Assembly (NCBI GenBank): GCA_017457215.1
Contig: JAFTHU010000001.1
Coordinates: forward strand, 21,563-85,562
DNA: 64,000 nucleotides
Origin: Clostridia bacterium
Lineage (GTDB): Bacteria; Bacillota; Clostridia; Christensenellales; Borkfalkiaceae
Direction: 5' to 3'
Position 1 is the stretch's first letter, and every line of letters starts with the position of its first letter. The position numbers and the translations under genes were made by a program. Positions 1 through 8,886 of the stretch are shown one piece after another. The notes beneath the pieces were generated by a model, which had not been told where the DNA came from, searched no databases, and saw only the letters and a list, made by a program, of their open reading frames with translations.

Positions 1-48
1 ATTTTAACATTTTTCCCCTATTCTGTCAACAATATTCTCTTAAAATAT

Positions 49-75
49 AAAAACGGACGAGATTTCCCTCGTCCG
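49..75 (-). terminator. Intrinsic terminator of the 97-1479 lipoprotein gene
   Basis: Stem CGGACGAG (54-61) / CTCGTCCG (68-75) with a 6-nt loop. The A5 run at 49-53 gives a U-tract after the stem on the minus strand. Confidence 0.7.
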
Positions 76-96
76 CTCCTTTGCAAGTAGTATTTA

Positions 97-1479
97 TCAC
101 CAATCGAATAAATCTCTTATTTGCGCGCCTTGCGGCAACGCAATCGGTTGCGTCGTAGCGCTGAAATTCGTTGCCTGTATTAAGCAATTCGCATAAACAC
201 CTGCTTCTGCCGTTACACCTTCTTCCATAGGCATTTCCACGGAAATATCTACGTTAAACGAAAATTCTAACGCCGATACTTTTCCGTTTTTAATGGTGTA
301 GATAAAGTTGGCGTTCAACGCGTCTGCGGAGACACTACCCAAAAGATCCGTGATTTCTTCAAACTCCGCTTTATCCTCTGCGTCCATAGTATCACCAAGC
401 GTCCTTGTGTTCAAATTGTTTTCCAACGTCGTGATAAATATGTCCAAAGTTAACGTTTCGTCTTCCAACGCCGCCTGTAACAATTCGTTTATCGTAAGCG
501 AACCGTATTCTCCGATAATTTCTTCAAGCGTTTTGTTTTTATAAGCGTTTGCGCTAGAATCTCCTAACCATTTTTTCATCATATCGTAAAACACGTCTTG
601 TTCAAACAGAAAATTTTTTATATCATCCAAATGCATTTCCGTTTCACGATACAACTGATTGTCAACAAAATCCACAATCGTGCTGATTTTATAATCGCCT
701 AAATTTTTACCTTTCAACGCACCCGTCAATTCTTGCCACGTCCAATCGACGTCTGCCAAAGAAAGATAATCGTTAATCAGTTCTCCTACCGTCGAATCCA
801 AAGACAAATCCCCGTAAAATTCAAACACTTCGTTGAATTGATCCTCTAAATCCAACGTGATGCGCGTAGAATCTCCGCTTTGAATCAAAAGGAATTCGTC
901 CGTAACGATTTGTTTCAACGCCGCAGTTACTTCCTGCGGAATTTCTACTGCGTTTTCACCCTGCATTGCCGAGATTTTTTCCAATAAGTCGTCAATACTT
1001 ATCTCCAACTCTTTCTCGAAACTTTCCGAAATCGCCTCATACAAGGTTTTTGTAGATTTTGAATAATACAATGTTCCGTCTTCTACCGTTCCAAAATATC
1101 CATATCCGTCTATCAGATAAAAATCTTCCGATTCCGTTTCCGTCTCAAAGTAATCCATATCGGGAGCTTCCTGACGGGTGGTAGACACAAGCGAGAATTT
1201 TGCGTCAAAATCGTTCTCCTTTAACGCAATTACACCATTAGCGGAATTTTCGTAGTCCATCGTGATTCCACCCAACGAAAAGCCAAAATTTATCCCCGCG
1301 GATAAATCAAATCCTTTCACGTCCGCAAGCGACTGTTCCAGCACTGTAATTTGCGTCAACGCTTGATCTACGGTAATATTGCTTTTCGCTTCGCTTTTTC
1401 CTTCATCACCGCAAGCCGTTGCAACACCAAAAGAACACGCCATTGCCGCCGCCATACATAAACTCTGCCATCTTTTCAT
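97..1479 (-). CDS. Secreted lipoprotein, function unknown
   Basis: 460-aa ORF. The N-terminus MKRWQSLCMAAAMACSFGVATAC is a signal peptide with a lipobox Cys. AGGAGG lies 8 nt upstream of the ATG. No family recognised. Confidence 0.75.
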   Translation of the reverse strand: MKRWQSLCMAAAMACSFGVATACGDEGKSEAKSNITVDQALTQITVLEQSLADVKGFDLSAGINFGFSLGGITMDYENSANGVIALKENDFDAKFSLVSTTRQEAPDMDYFETETESEDFYLIDGYGYFGTVEDGTLYYSKSTKTLYEAISESFEKELEISIDDLLEKISAMQGENAVEIPQEVTAALKQIVTDEFLLIQSGDSTRITLDLEDQFNEVFEFYGDLSLDSTVGELINDYLSLADVDWTWQELTGALKGKNLGDYKISTIVDFVDNQLYRETEMHLDDIKNFLFEQDVFYDMMKKWLGDSSANAYKNKTLEEIIGEYGSLTINELLQAALEDETLTLDIFITTLENNLNTRTLGDTMDAEDKAEFEEITDLLGSVSADALNANFIYTIKNGKVSALEFSFNVDISVEMPMEEGVTAEAGVYANCLIQATNFSATTQPIALPQGAQIRDLFDW

Positions 1480-1573
1480 ATTCTTATCCTCCTTTTTCGG
1501 ATTTTTTACGCCGTCATTATATCATTATATGCCCGTAATGTCAATACTTTCACAGAAAAAAACGTGGTCGCAC

Positions 1574-1605
1574 AAAAAAAACCTCACCCGAAAACACGAA
1601 TGAGG
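1574..1605 (-). terminator. Intrinsic terminator after nfnB
   Basis: Stem CCTCA (1582-1586) / TGAGG (1601-1605). The A8 run at 1574-1581 gives U8 after the stem on the minus strand. Confidence 0.6.
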
Positions 1606-1613
1606 AAAAATAT

Positions 1614-3044
1614 TTATTTGCTTTTGCTTTGAACATATTCGTCGATGGCTTTGGCGGCGATTCTCCCCGCGCCCATCGCTTTGATTACGGTTGCCGCGCC
1701 CGTTGCCGCGTCCCCGCCGCAATACACGCCCTCGATAGAAGTTTTCCCCGTTTCGTCTACGGCAATTTCGCCTCGGCGCAACGTCTGTAGCCCCGCCGTC
1801 GTCATTTTCAACAACGGATTTGGCGAAGTCCCCAATGACATAATTACACAATCAACAGGCAAAATAAACGCACTTCCCGCTATCTCTTTTGGCGAACGCC
1901 GCCCGCTTTCGTCTGCTTCGCCAAGCTCCATTCGAACGCATTCTATTCCGCGCACCCAACCGTAAGCAGGGTCGCGCGGGTCGTTTGTTTCCGTCCCCAA
2001 AATACGAGTGGGATTTGTCAAAAAATCAAAGAGTATTCCCTCTTCTTTGGCGTGCTCAATTTCCTCTTTTCGGGCGGGCAATTCCGCCTCGCCCCGACGG
2101 TAAATAATATGCACCTCTGCCCCCAAACGCTTCGCTGCACGCGCTGCGTCCATTGCCACGTTTCCGCCGCCTACCACCGCAACGCGCTTTCCGCGCTGAA
2201 TGGGCGTACGGCTATCCGCCTCGTACGCTTTCATCAAATTGGAACGGGTCAAAAATTCGTTGGCTGAATACACACCGTTTAAATTCTCCCCGGGGATATT
2301 CATAAACCGAGGCAACCCCGCGCCGCTGCCGATAAATACCGCCTCGAAGCCAAATTCCGTTTTCAGCTCCTCTATCGTAATCGTTCTGCCAACCACAACG
2401 TTCGTTTCGATTTTTACGCCCAAGTCCTTTAAATTTTGCACTTCTTTTTGCACGATTGTTTTCGGCAAACGGAATTCAGGAATCCCGTAAACGAGTACGC
2501 CGCCCGCCACGTGCAAAGCCTCGAAAATCGTTACGCCATAGCCCATTTTTACCAAATCGCCCGCACAAGCAAGTCCCGCAGGCCCGCTGCCGATAACCGC
2601 TACTTTGTGTCCGTTGAAGGGCGCAGGCGTCGCGGGATTTTTAGTATGTTTATTGTGCCAATCGGCAACGAAACGTTCCAATCTACCTATCCCTACCGAT
2701 TCGCAACCAGCCTTGATACCGCGCGTACAAACGCTTTCGCATTGTTTTTCTTGGGGACAGACTCTGCCGCAAACGGCGGGCAAAGAAGAATCTTCGGCTA
2801 TAATTTGATATGCGCCCTCAAAATCCCCTTCGGCTACCTTTGCGATAAATTCGGGAATTTTCACTTTGACGGGACAACCCGCAACGCAAGGACGGTTTTT
2901 GCAACGGATACAGCGTTTCGCCTCGTCTATCGCCTGTTCAGGCGTGTACCCCAACGCCACTTCGTTAAAGTTTGCTCTGCGCACATTCGGGTCTTGCGTG
3001 GGCATAGGATTTTTTAACGGCTGCATATTGAATTTAGAAGGCAT
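1614..3044 (-). CDS. nfnB: GltD-like NADPH-dependent oxidoreductase, NfnB-type subunit of ferredoxin:NADP oxidoreductase
   Basis: Start moved to ATG 3044 (MPSKFNMQPL...), 1 nt from the stop of the upstream gene. It has two Cys clusters (CIRCKNRPCVAGCP, CGRVCPQEKQCESVC) and two dinucleotide motifs (VIGSGPAG, VVGGGNVA), typical of the glutamate synthase small chain/NfnB. It is paired with a PyrK-like subunit. Confidence 0.85.
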   Translation of the reverse strand: MPSKFNMQPLKNPMPTQDPNVRRANFNEVALGYTPEQAIDEAKRCIRCKNRPCVAGCPVKVKIPEFIAKVAEGDFEGAYQIIAEDSSLPAVCGRVCPQEKQCESVCTRGIKAGCESVGIGRLERFVADWHNKHTKNPATPAPFNGHKVAVIGSGPAGLACAGDLVKMGYGVTIFEALHVAGGVLVYGIPEFRLPKTIVQKEVQNLKDLGVKIETNVVVGRTITIEELKTEFGFEAVFIGSGAGLPRFMNIPGENLNGVYSANEFLTRSNLMKAYEADSRTPIQRGKRVAVVGGGNVAMDAARAAKRLGAEVHIIYRRGEAELPARKEEIEHAKEEGILFDFLTNPTRILGTETNDPRDPAYGWVRGIECVRMELGEADESGRRSPKEIAGSAFILPVDCVIMSLGTSPNPLLKMTTAGLQTLRRGEIAVDETGKTSIEGVYCGGDAATGAATVIKAMGAGRIAAKAIDEYVQSKSK

Positions 3045-3045
3045 A

Positions 3046-3888
3046 TCAACGCACCTCCTTTTTAAACAGATTGCAAGCGGATTCCCGCTCCCGCTTTTCG
3101 AAATCCGCATACGCTCGGGTACGGGTAATCGCCTCGTCAAAATCAATCTCGTGTCCATTGAATTCCGGTCCGTCCACACACGCAAATTTCATTTCACCGC
3201 CCACCGTCAATCGGCAACAGCCACACATCCCCGTTCCGTCTATCATAATCGGGTTCATACTCGCTATCGTTTTAACGCCGTATTTTTTCGTTTCCATACA
3301 AACGAATTTCATCATGATAAGCGGCCCGATTGTAATCACTTCGTCAAATTGTTCTCCGCCTTCTAACAGTTCGCGCAAGGGCAGGCAAACGTTCCCCTCG
3401 CGTCCGTACGAACCGTCGTCTGTCATCATATAAAAATTTTTAGAACACGCTTTAAATTCTTCTTCCAAAATCACCAAGTCTTTGTTTCTAAATCCGATGA
3501 TAGAGGTTACTTCCGCGCCTTGTTCACACAATGCCCTCGCAACGGGCAAAGCAATGGCACAGCCCACGCCGCCGCCGACAACGCACACCTTTTTAAACCC
3601 TTGCGTATGCGTTGGATTGCCAAGCGGCCCGGTGAAATCAGCGATATATTCGCCCACTTTTTTTTGCTGCAACCGCATCGTCGTTCCACCGACTGTTTGA
3701 AAAATAACGGTTACGTTTCCACGCTCTCTATCATACCCTGCTACAGTAAGGGGAATCCTTTCTCCGTCTTCGTCTACGCGCAAAATAACAAATTGCCCCG
3801 CCAATGCCTTTTTCGCCACCAGCGGTGCAAAAATTTCCATCTGGATTACCGTAGGATTTAATTCCTTTTTGCTAACGATTTGATACAT
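3046..3888 (-). CDS. nfnA: PyrK/ferredoxin-NADP reductase-like FAD/[2Fe-2S] subunit (NfnA-type)
   Basis: 280 aa with a C-terminal GTGMCGCCRLTVGGEMKFACVDGP iron-sulfur motif and a GGGVG nucleotide motif. GGGAGAG RBS. Tightly coupled to nfnB. Confidence 0.8.
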   Translation of the reverse strand: MYQIVSKKELNPTVIQMEIFAPLVAKKALAGQFVILRVDEDGERIPLTVAGYDRERGNVTVIFQTVGGTTMRLQQKKVGEYIADFTGPLGNPTHTQGFKKVCVVGGGVGCAIALPVARALCEQGAEVTSIIGFRNKDLVILEEEFKACSKNFYMMTDDGSYGREGNVCLPLRELLEGGEQFDEVITIGPLIMMKFVCMETKKYGVKTIASMNPIMIDGTGMCGCCRLTVGGEMKFACVDGPEFNGHEIDFDEAITRTRAYADFEKRERESACNLFKKEVR

Positions 3889-3933
3889 ATACTCTCCCTT
3901 TTCTATTATTTACCATTCTCATTGTTGGCAATT

Positions 3934-3962
3934 ATTATACTCCTTTTCGTTGAGAATGTCAA
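3934..3962 (-). promoter_or_regulatory. Sigma-A promoter of nfnAB
   Basis: On the minus strand: TTGACA (3962-3957), 17-nt spacer, TATAAT (3939-3934). It lies about 45 nt upstream of the nfnA ATG. Confidence 0.75.
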
Positions 3963-4032
3963 AAATTATACGCATGATTTTTTATATTCAAAAAATATTT
4001 TTCACAAACTTTTCATATTTCTGCTTTTTCGT

Positions 4033-4061
4033 TTGATTTCCTTAACAAGAAGTAGTATAAT
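4033..4061 (+). promoter_or_regulatory. Sigma-A promoter of the antiporter gene
   Basis: TTGATT (4033-4038), 17-nt spacer, TATAAT (4056-4061). Confidence 0.7.
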
Positions 4062-4102
4062 GTTTGTCGAAAAAGAAAGGATTTCTCTTTAGGAGATGTT
4101 TT

Positions 4103-5443
4103 ATGGACAAATTATTGGTATTATCCATTGCTTTGATTGCAGGGTTGTTGCTTTCCCGTTTGGCAAAGCTTTTAAAACTTCCCGCTGTTACCGCTTACCT
4201 TGTCGCGGGTATTTTAATCGGTCCGTTTGCGTTGGGAAAACTCGGTTTACTCATTGCGGAAAAAACGGCAGGTTGGCAAACCCCAATTGTCGGCATCGGC
4301 TTTATCAGCGAAGAATTTATAGAAAAATTCTCCATTTTAAGCGAAGTTGCCCTTGGCTTTATTGCCTTTTCTATCGGCAACGAGTTCCGTTTATCTCAAC
4401 TGAAAAAGGTCGGGAAGCAAGCAACCGTCGTCGGTATCTTTCAGGCGGTAATCACCACGCTTTTAGTGGATGCAGTTCTCATTGCTTTAGCATTTGCATT
4501 GCCTGATAATATCTTCCCCGTAGAGGCGGCTATTGTTTTGGGCGCAATCGCGGCGGCAACCGCCCCCGCGGCAACCCTCATGGTCGTAAAGCAATACAAA
4601 GCCAAAGGTCCTTTGACGGATATTCTTTTGCCAGTCGTTGCTTTAGACGACGCAGTCGGTTTAATACTCTTCGCCATCTCTTTCGGTATAGCGAAAGCCT
4701 TGAAAGCAGGCGCAGTGAGCCCCGTAGGTATCGTTGTTGAGCCTTTGCTGGAAATTGTATGTTCCATCGGTTTGGGTGCATTGATGGGATATTTGTTCAG
4801 CATATGCGAACGCTTTTTTCACTCCCGTTCCAAACGTCTTGCCGTATCGGTAGCGTTTGTCATGATGACTATCGGACTCTCTATGCTGAAATTTAAAATC
4901 GGCGGCGTACATATCGGATTCTCCAATTTGCTCGTTTGCATGATGCTGGGCACGATTTTTTGCAACGTCTGCGATTTCTCGGAGGAGCTTATGGACAGAG
5001 TAGATCGTTGGACTGCTCCCTTGTTTATTATTTTCTTCGTCATCAGCGGTGCTGAACTCGATTTGACGGTATTTAAAAGCGGTTGGATCGTACTCATCGG
5101 TATCGTATACATTTTAAGCCGTTCGGCAGGCAAATACAGCGGTGCTTTTGCCAGCGCAAAGCTTTCCAAATGCGACGATAACATTGTCAAATACCTCGGC
5201 GTTACACTTTTACCGCAGGCAGGCGTGGCGTTAGGTATGGCTCGAATGGCGTCCGATTCGTTTGGTACGGAAGGTGCTCTAATTGCACAAATTACGCTGT
5301 TTGCCGTTTTGGTTTACGAACTGATTGGTCCTATGCTGACCAAAATTGCTTTGACGAAAGCGGGCGATATCGACCCCGAGGGCAAGACCAGCGCGCGGCA
5401 CGAACACGCAAAAAACAAAAAGCACCGCCACAATGCGGAATAA
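4103..5443 (+). CDS. Cation:proton antiporter (CPA2/Kef-NapA type)
   Basis: Start moved to ATG 4103 (MDKLLVLSIALIAG...), with AGGAG 7 nt upstream. It is polytopic and hydrophobic throughout, with an N-terminal LPAVTAYLVAGILIGP motif typical of Na+/H+ exchanger family proteins. Confidence 0.85.
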   Translation: MDKLLVLSIALIAGLLLSRLAKLLKLPAVTAYLVAGILIGPFALGKLGLLIAEKTAGWQTPIVGIGFISEEFIEKFSILSEVALGFIAFSIGNEFRLSQLKKVGKQATVVGIFQAVITTLLVDAVLIALAFALPDNIFPVEAAIVLGAIAAATAPAATLMVVKQYKAKGPLTDILLPVVALDDAVGLILFAISFGIAKALKAGAVSPVGIVVEPLLEIVCSIGLGALMGYLFSICERFFHSRSKRLAVSVAFVMMTIGLSMLKFKIGGVHIGFSNLLVCMMLGTIFCNVCDFSEELMDRVDRWTAPLFIIFFVISGAELDLTVFKSGWIVLIGIVYILSRSAGKYSGAFASAKLSKCDDNIVKYLGVTLLPQAGVALGMARMASDSFGTEGALIAQITLFAVLVYELIGPMLTKIALTKAGDIDPEGKTSARHEHAKNKKHRHNAE

Positions 5444-5484
5444 CCGCAAGAAACGCCGCAAGCGTAAACACTCTTAAATTTAAA

Positions 5485-5517
5485 GGCAAGTTTGCATGCC
5501 GCAGACTTGCCTTTTTT
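5485..5517 (+). terminator. Intrinsic terminator after the antiporter gene
   Basis: Stem GGCAAGT (5485-5491) / ACTTGCC (5505-5511) followed by T6. Confidence 0.75.
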
Positions 5518-5520
5518 GAT

Positions 5521-5556
5521 AAAATAAAGGGCGGTCCACCGCCCTTTATTATTTTT
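5521..5556. terminator. Bidirectional terminator hairpin
   Basis: AAAGGGCGG-tcca-CCGCCCTTT (5526-5547), flanked by an A-rich run on the left and a T-rich run on the right. It serves the convergent genes ending at 5443 and 5561. Confidence 0.75.
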
Positions 5557-5560
5557 TGTT

Positions 5561-7498
5561 TTATTGTTTCAATTCTTCTATTACCGCAAAACCTTGCGCG
5601 TCGATATCTAATGCATTGGGATATACACTATTTAACCAACCGTTAAACAAATCCGTGTATTTGGTAACGTTTGCTGTGTCCCCCAATTCCTCGTAAATTT
5701 TTGCAAGAGTCTTGCAAGCATTCCCTGTATTAAAGAAAACTGTCGCTTGCTTTTCTCCGTTTTTGTCCGTATACAAAAGATTGCCCGCTTCGTAACGCTC
5801 TTTCACCTGCGAAGCTGCCGTTTCCAACCCCGTACCTACGATATCCTGATTGGTTTCCGCCATAATAAACAATACGTCTACGTCCGTGTCGTACCCGTTA
5901 TAGGTCGAGGACGGCAAACCGCAAATTGCAATATCCGCACCAAGGTAAGCAAGGTTTTCCGCCGCCGTACCGTAAGGCACCATACCGATATACTTGCCCA
6001 CGCTGTCTTTCGTATGGAAATTCAATAACGCCGTATCCAATAATTGATCGTAAACGTAGGTTTGATCCGTGCCGTAGTTTACCTTATAACGGCTACCCCA
6101 TTCGCTCCAAGCGCCAATCGCTTCGCGGGGATGTCCTTTCATAATCAAATCGTAATCTTCACCGTACAGTGCATAGGTAAATTTCAACGTATAGATATAA
6201 TCGATATAAACGTTAAAGCAAGCAACTTGCGCCTTTGCCTTCGCTTCTTCGTCCACGTTTTCACCGTAATTTGTCGGGTCGTTCAAAACTTCCAAGAACG
6301 CCGCATAGTCCGTTTCCGTTGCAAAGAGCATTGCCGTTTTATACTTTGCGTCAAGCTCTGCATAGCTTGCGGGAACAGTTGCATCGCTTGCCAACCCGCC
6401 GATACCGTAATTTGCATTAGAGGCGAACTTCGGATAACCACCATGGCGCGAACCGATAAACACCAGTTTTTCCGCAGGTGCAGCTTTATCCGCACGTTGC
6501 GTTCTCGTCAATGCGTCGTAAGTATCTTGATAATACTGCCCGTACATCAACGTAAGATAATCCGCTCTTTCTGCTTCCGTCAATTTGGAAACGCCCTCGG
6601 AAATCTTCTGATACTTGAGGTTGAGCGTTAAATCCACCGCCTCGTCATAGCCTTCTACGCCAAAACTGGAAAGTAATTTGGTCTTTACGTCGCCCGTATT
6701 TTCCAAAATTCCCACCACCGTCGCTTCGTCTTGAATATAATAGGTAAAGTTATCCAATGCCGCCAATGCGTATGCTTTACCGATATTGTACCTTAACGCC
6801 GTGTCTGCATTTTTATTATCCGTCTTTGCCATAATGGCGTTAAATTCGTCTTGCGCCGTCGCCACAGCCGCAGCATATCCGTCATATACTTCGTCCGCTT
6901 CCGCCGTTACCGTCTTTCCGCTGACGTAAGTTTTATTCAGCGCCGTATAAGCACCCGTACCGTCTTCACACATATACACGTGGAATTGTTCTTCCGTCAA
7001 ACCCGCGTTCGCCGCGATTGCCGCGCCCTTGAGCGCCGTGCCGTCTTGTACATAGAAATTGAAATACGCATCTCCCTCCGCGTCGTTGAGTTCTTTCACT
7101 TTGTCAACCATTGCGTTGAATTCGGTATTCGTAAAGCCCGTACTTAAATTGTTTGCCGTATCAAAACCAACGTTGTGGAACGTTTCGATGCTTTCAATAC
7201 CGCTGTACGTCTTACCGCGTTCGATAATCGCATACGTTTCATAACCGTTGTCGATACAATCCATCGCAGCCAAAACGGGCGGAATCGTCGCCAAGGCAAA
7301 AATTACGTTGTAATTTGCAACTTCCGTTTCGCCCACGGAAGAATCGCTTTCGCTACCGCTTTCCGAAGAAGTTTCCGAAGAACTTTCTACGCCGCTCGAA
7401 GAACTGCTTGTATCGTCGTCTTTACTACAAGCGGCAAACGCGCCCATAGACAAAATCAACGACATAGCCAATACCAACGCTTTTTTCATTTTCGTCAT
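5561..7498 (-). CDS. Surface lipoprotein with a GT80 sialyltransferase-like domain (putative)
   Basis: 645 aa. Signal peptide with lipobox (MGAFAAC), then a Ser/Glu-rich linker. Motifs: YMCEDGTGAY (EDG at nt 6959-6967), MKGHPRE (HP at nt 6128-6133), AAENL...GLPSSTY (SS at nt 5906-5911). AAGGAG RBS. Confidence 0.8.
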   Translation of the reverse strand: MTKMKKALVLAMSLILSMGAFAACSKDDDTSSSSSGVESSSETSSESGSESDSSVGETEVANYNVIFALATIPPVLAAMDCIDNGYETYAIIERGKTYSGIESIETFHNVGFDTANNLSTGFTNTEFNAMVDKVKELNDAEGDAYFNFYVQDGTALKGAAIAANAGLTEEQFHVYMCEDGTGAYTALNKTYVSGKTVTAEADEVYDGYAAAVATAQDEFNAIMAKTDNKNADTALRYNIGKAYALAALDNFTYYIQDEATVVGILENTGDVKTKLLSSFGVEGYDEAVDLTLNLKYQKISEGVSKLTEAERADYLTLMYGQYYQDTYDALTRTQRADKAAPAEKLVFIGSRHGGYPKFASNANYGIGGLASDATVPASYAELDAKYKTAMLFATETDYAAFLEVLNDPTNYGENVDEEAKAKAQVACFNVYIDYIYTLKFTYALYGEDYDLIMKGHPREAIGAWSEWGSRYKVNYGTDQTYVYDQLLDTALLNFHTKDSVGKYIGMVPYGTAAENLAYLGADIAICGLPSSTYNGYDTDVDVLFIMAETNQDIVGTGLETAASQVKERYEAGNLLYTDKNGEKQATVFFNTGNACKTLAKIYEELGDTANVTKYTDLFNGWLNSVYPNALDIDAQGFAVIEELKQ

Positions 7499-7590
7499 TT
7501 TTCTACTTTCTCCTTTGTTTTATCTTTTACAAGATATTTTTTATATTGTAACACTTTTCGGCTTTACTGTCAATACTTCAAAAAAATATT

Positions 7591-8802
7591 TTAATTTTTC
7601 TTATTCAGCCACGACCATGCCAAACCCGCATAAATCGCCGCCCCCACGTACAAAGCCTCCTCATCAAAACGGACTTTGGGATGATGCAACGGAAAGCTGT
7701 ATCCCTTCGCCCGTTCCCCCGCCGCAAGCGCGACCATAACCGAGGGCACTTCGTGAGATATATACGCAAAATCTTCCGAACCGCCATTCTGTTTCGCTAC
7801 GTTCCCGCCTTGCAATTCCGCCGAAGTATATACCCTTTCTTTTCCAAACGCTCCGCAAAGCATTTCATAGGCAAACAAAGAAATTTCTTCGTCGTTGACA
7901 AGAGTAGGACACCCGCCCAAAAATTCCGTTTTCACCGTAGCCCGAAACGCCGTCGCTTGCGCCTGCGCAATCTCTTTTATCCGCGCTTTTAATGCCGTCC
8001 TCGTTTCCTCGTCAAATGCGCGAAGCGTGCCTTTCAATATTGCGGAATCAGCAATCACGTTCCCCGCATTCCCCGCTTGCATGCTCCCTACCGTTAAAAC
8101 GGCGGGCGCAGACACGGAAATTTCCCGCGCGGACAGCGTTTGTAACGCCAACGTAATATACGCTCCCACCGAAAGAGCGTCCACTCCGTTCCAAGGCGCA
8201 GAACCGTGGCAGCCCTTCCCCTGTATTGTGATTTGGAAAAAATCGGCGGCGGGAGCGCTCATTCCTGCGGACGCCACTATCGCCGTGCCCGTAGCAAAGG
8301 GCGAATCCGCCGTTACGTGCACCATTACTGCGCAATCGGGCGCAGGAGCTTCTAAAATACCGTTTTTTAGCCCCTCTTTCGCCCCTTCAAGTATTTCCTC
8401 GGCAGACTGAAAGAAAAGCTTTACACAGCCATTTAACGCGTCTTCCCGTTTTTTCAACAGCGCCGACGCGCCAAGCAACATTGCCGTATGCAAATCGTGT
8501 CCGCAGGCGTGCATATGTCCAGCCGTACACATAAATTCCTCTTTGGATTCTTCCTGCAAAGGGAGTCCGTCCATATCGGCGCGGAGCAAGATAACGGGTT
8601 TGTTTTTGGGGTCGCCTACAGTAGCGACCAAACCCGCCTTCCCACAGCGTTCGGGGGCGTACCCTAGCCCTTGCAAAATCTTTTCCACATAAGCGCACGT
8701 TTGCGGCAAATCAAAACCAACCTCGGCGTGTTGGTGTAAATACCGTCTATGTTTGACGAGTTCCGTTTGTAATTTTTCTGCGTCCTTTAAAAGCGTTTTC
8801 AT
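7591..8802 (-). CDS. M20 family amidohydrolase (N-acyl-amino acid/hippurate hydrolase type)
   Basis: Carries HRRYLHQHAEVGF, LRADMDGLP and HACGHD motifs typical of M20D peptidases. The start is placed at ATG 8802 (MKTLLKD...); the ORF-track start at 8832 is a TTG and remains possible. Confidence 0.8.
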   Translation of the reverse strand: MKTLLKDAEKLQTELVKHRRYLHQHAEVGFDLPQTCAYVEKILQGLGYAPERCGKAGLVATVGDPKNKPVILLRADMDGLPLQEESKEEFMCTAGHMHACGHDLHTAMLLGASALLKKREDALNGCVKLFFQSAEEILEGAKEGLKNGILEAPAPDCAVMVHVTADSPFATGTAIVASAGMSAPAADFFQITIQGKGCHGSAPWNGVDALSVGAYITLALQTLSAREISVSAPAVLTVGSMQAGNAGNVIADSAILKGTLRAFDEETRTALKARIKEIAQAQATAFRATVKTEFLGGCPTLVNDEEISLFAYEMLCGAFGKERVYTSAELQGGNVAKQNGGSEDFAYISHEVPSVMVALAAGERAKGYSFPLHHPKVRFDEEALYVGAAIYAGLAWSWLNKKN

Positions 8803-8840
8803 ACGGTCAGTATGCGCTAATTTCAATCGCAATCATACAA

Positions 8841-8879
8841 AAAGATACCCCCCAGTTTTTCTGGAGGGTGCTTTTTTTG
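8841..8879 (-). terminator. Terminator hairpin after the GH78-like gene
   Basis: ACCCCCCAG (8847-8855) / CTGGAGGGT (8861-8869) with one mismatch, and T/A runs on both sides. Confidence 0.6.
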
Positions 8880-8886
8880 CAATTTT

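Noticed and set aside
3045-3185. N-terminal extensions offered by the ORF track (3045-3185 on nfnB, 42932-43021 on the toxin-like gene, 41805-41858 on ygjV, 25785-25847 on the permease, 28670-28708 on the SBP)
   Set aside because: In each case a downstream start has a strong RBS and/or matches the family N-terminus. The extension overlaps the upstream gene, a promoter or a terminator hairpin.
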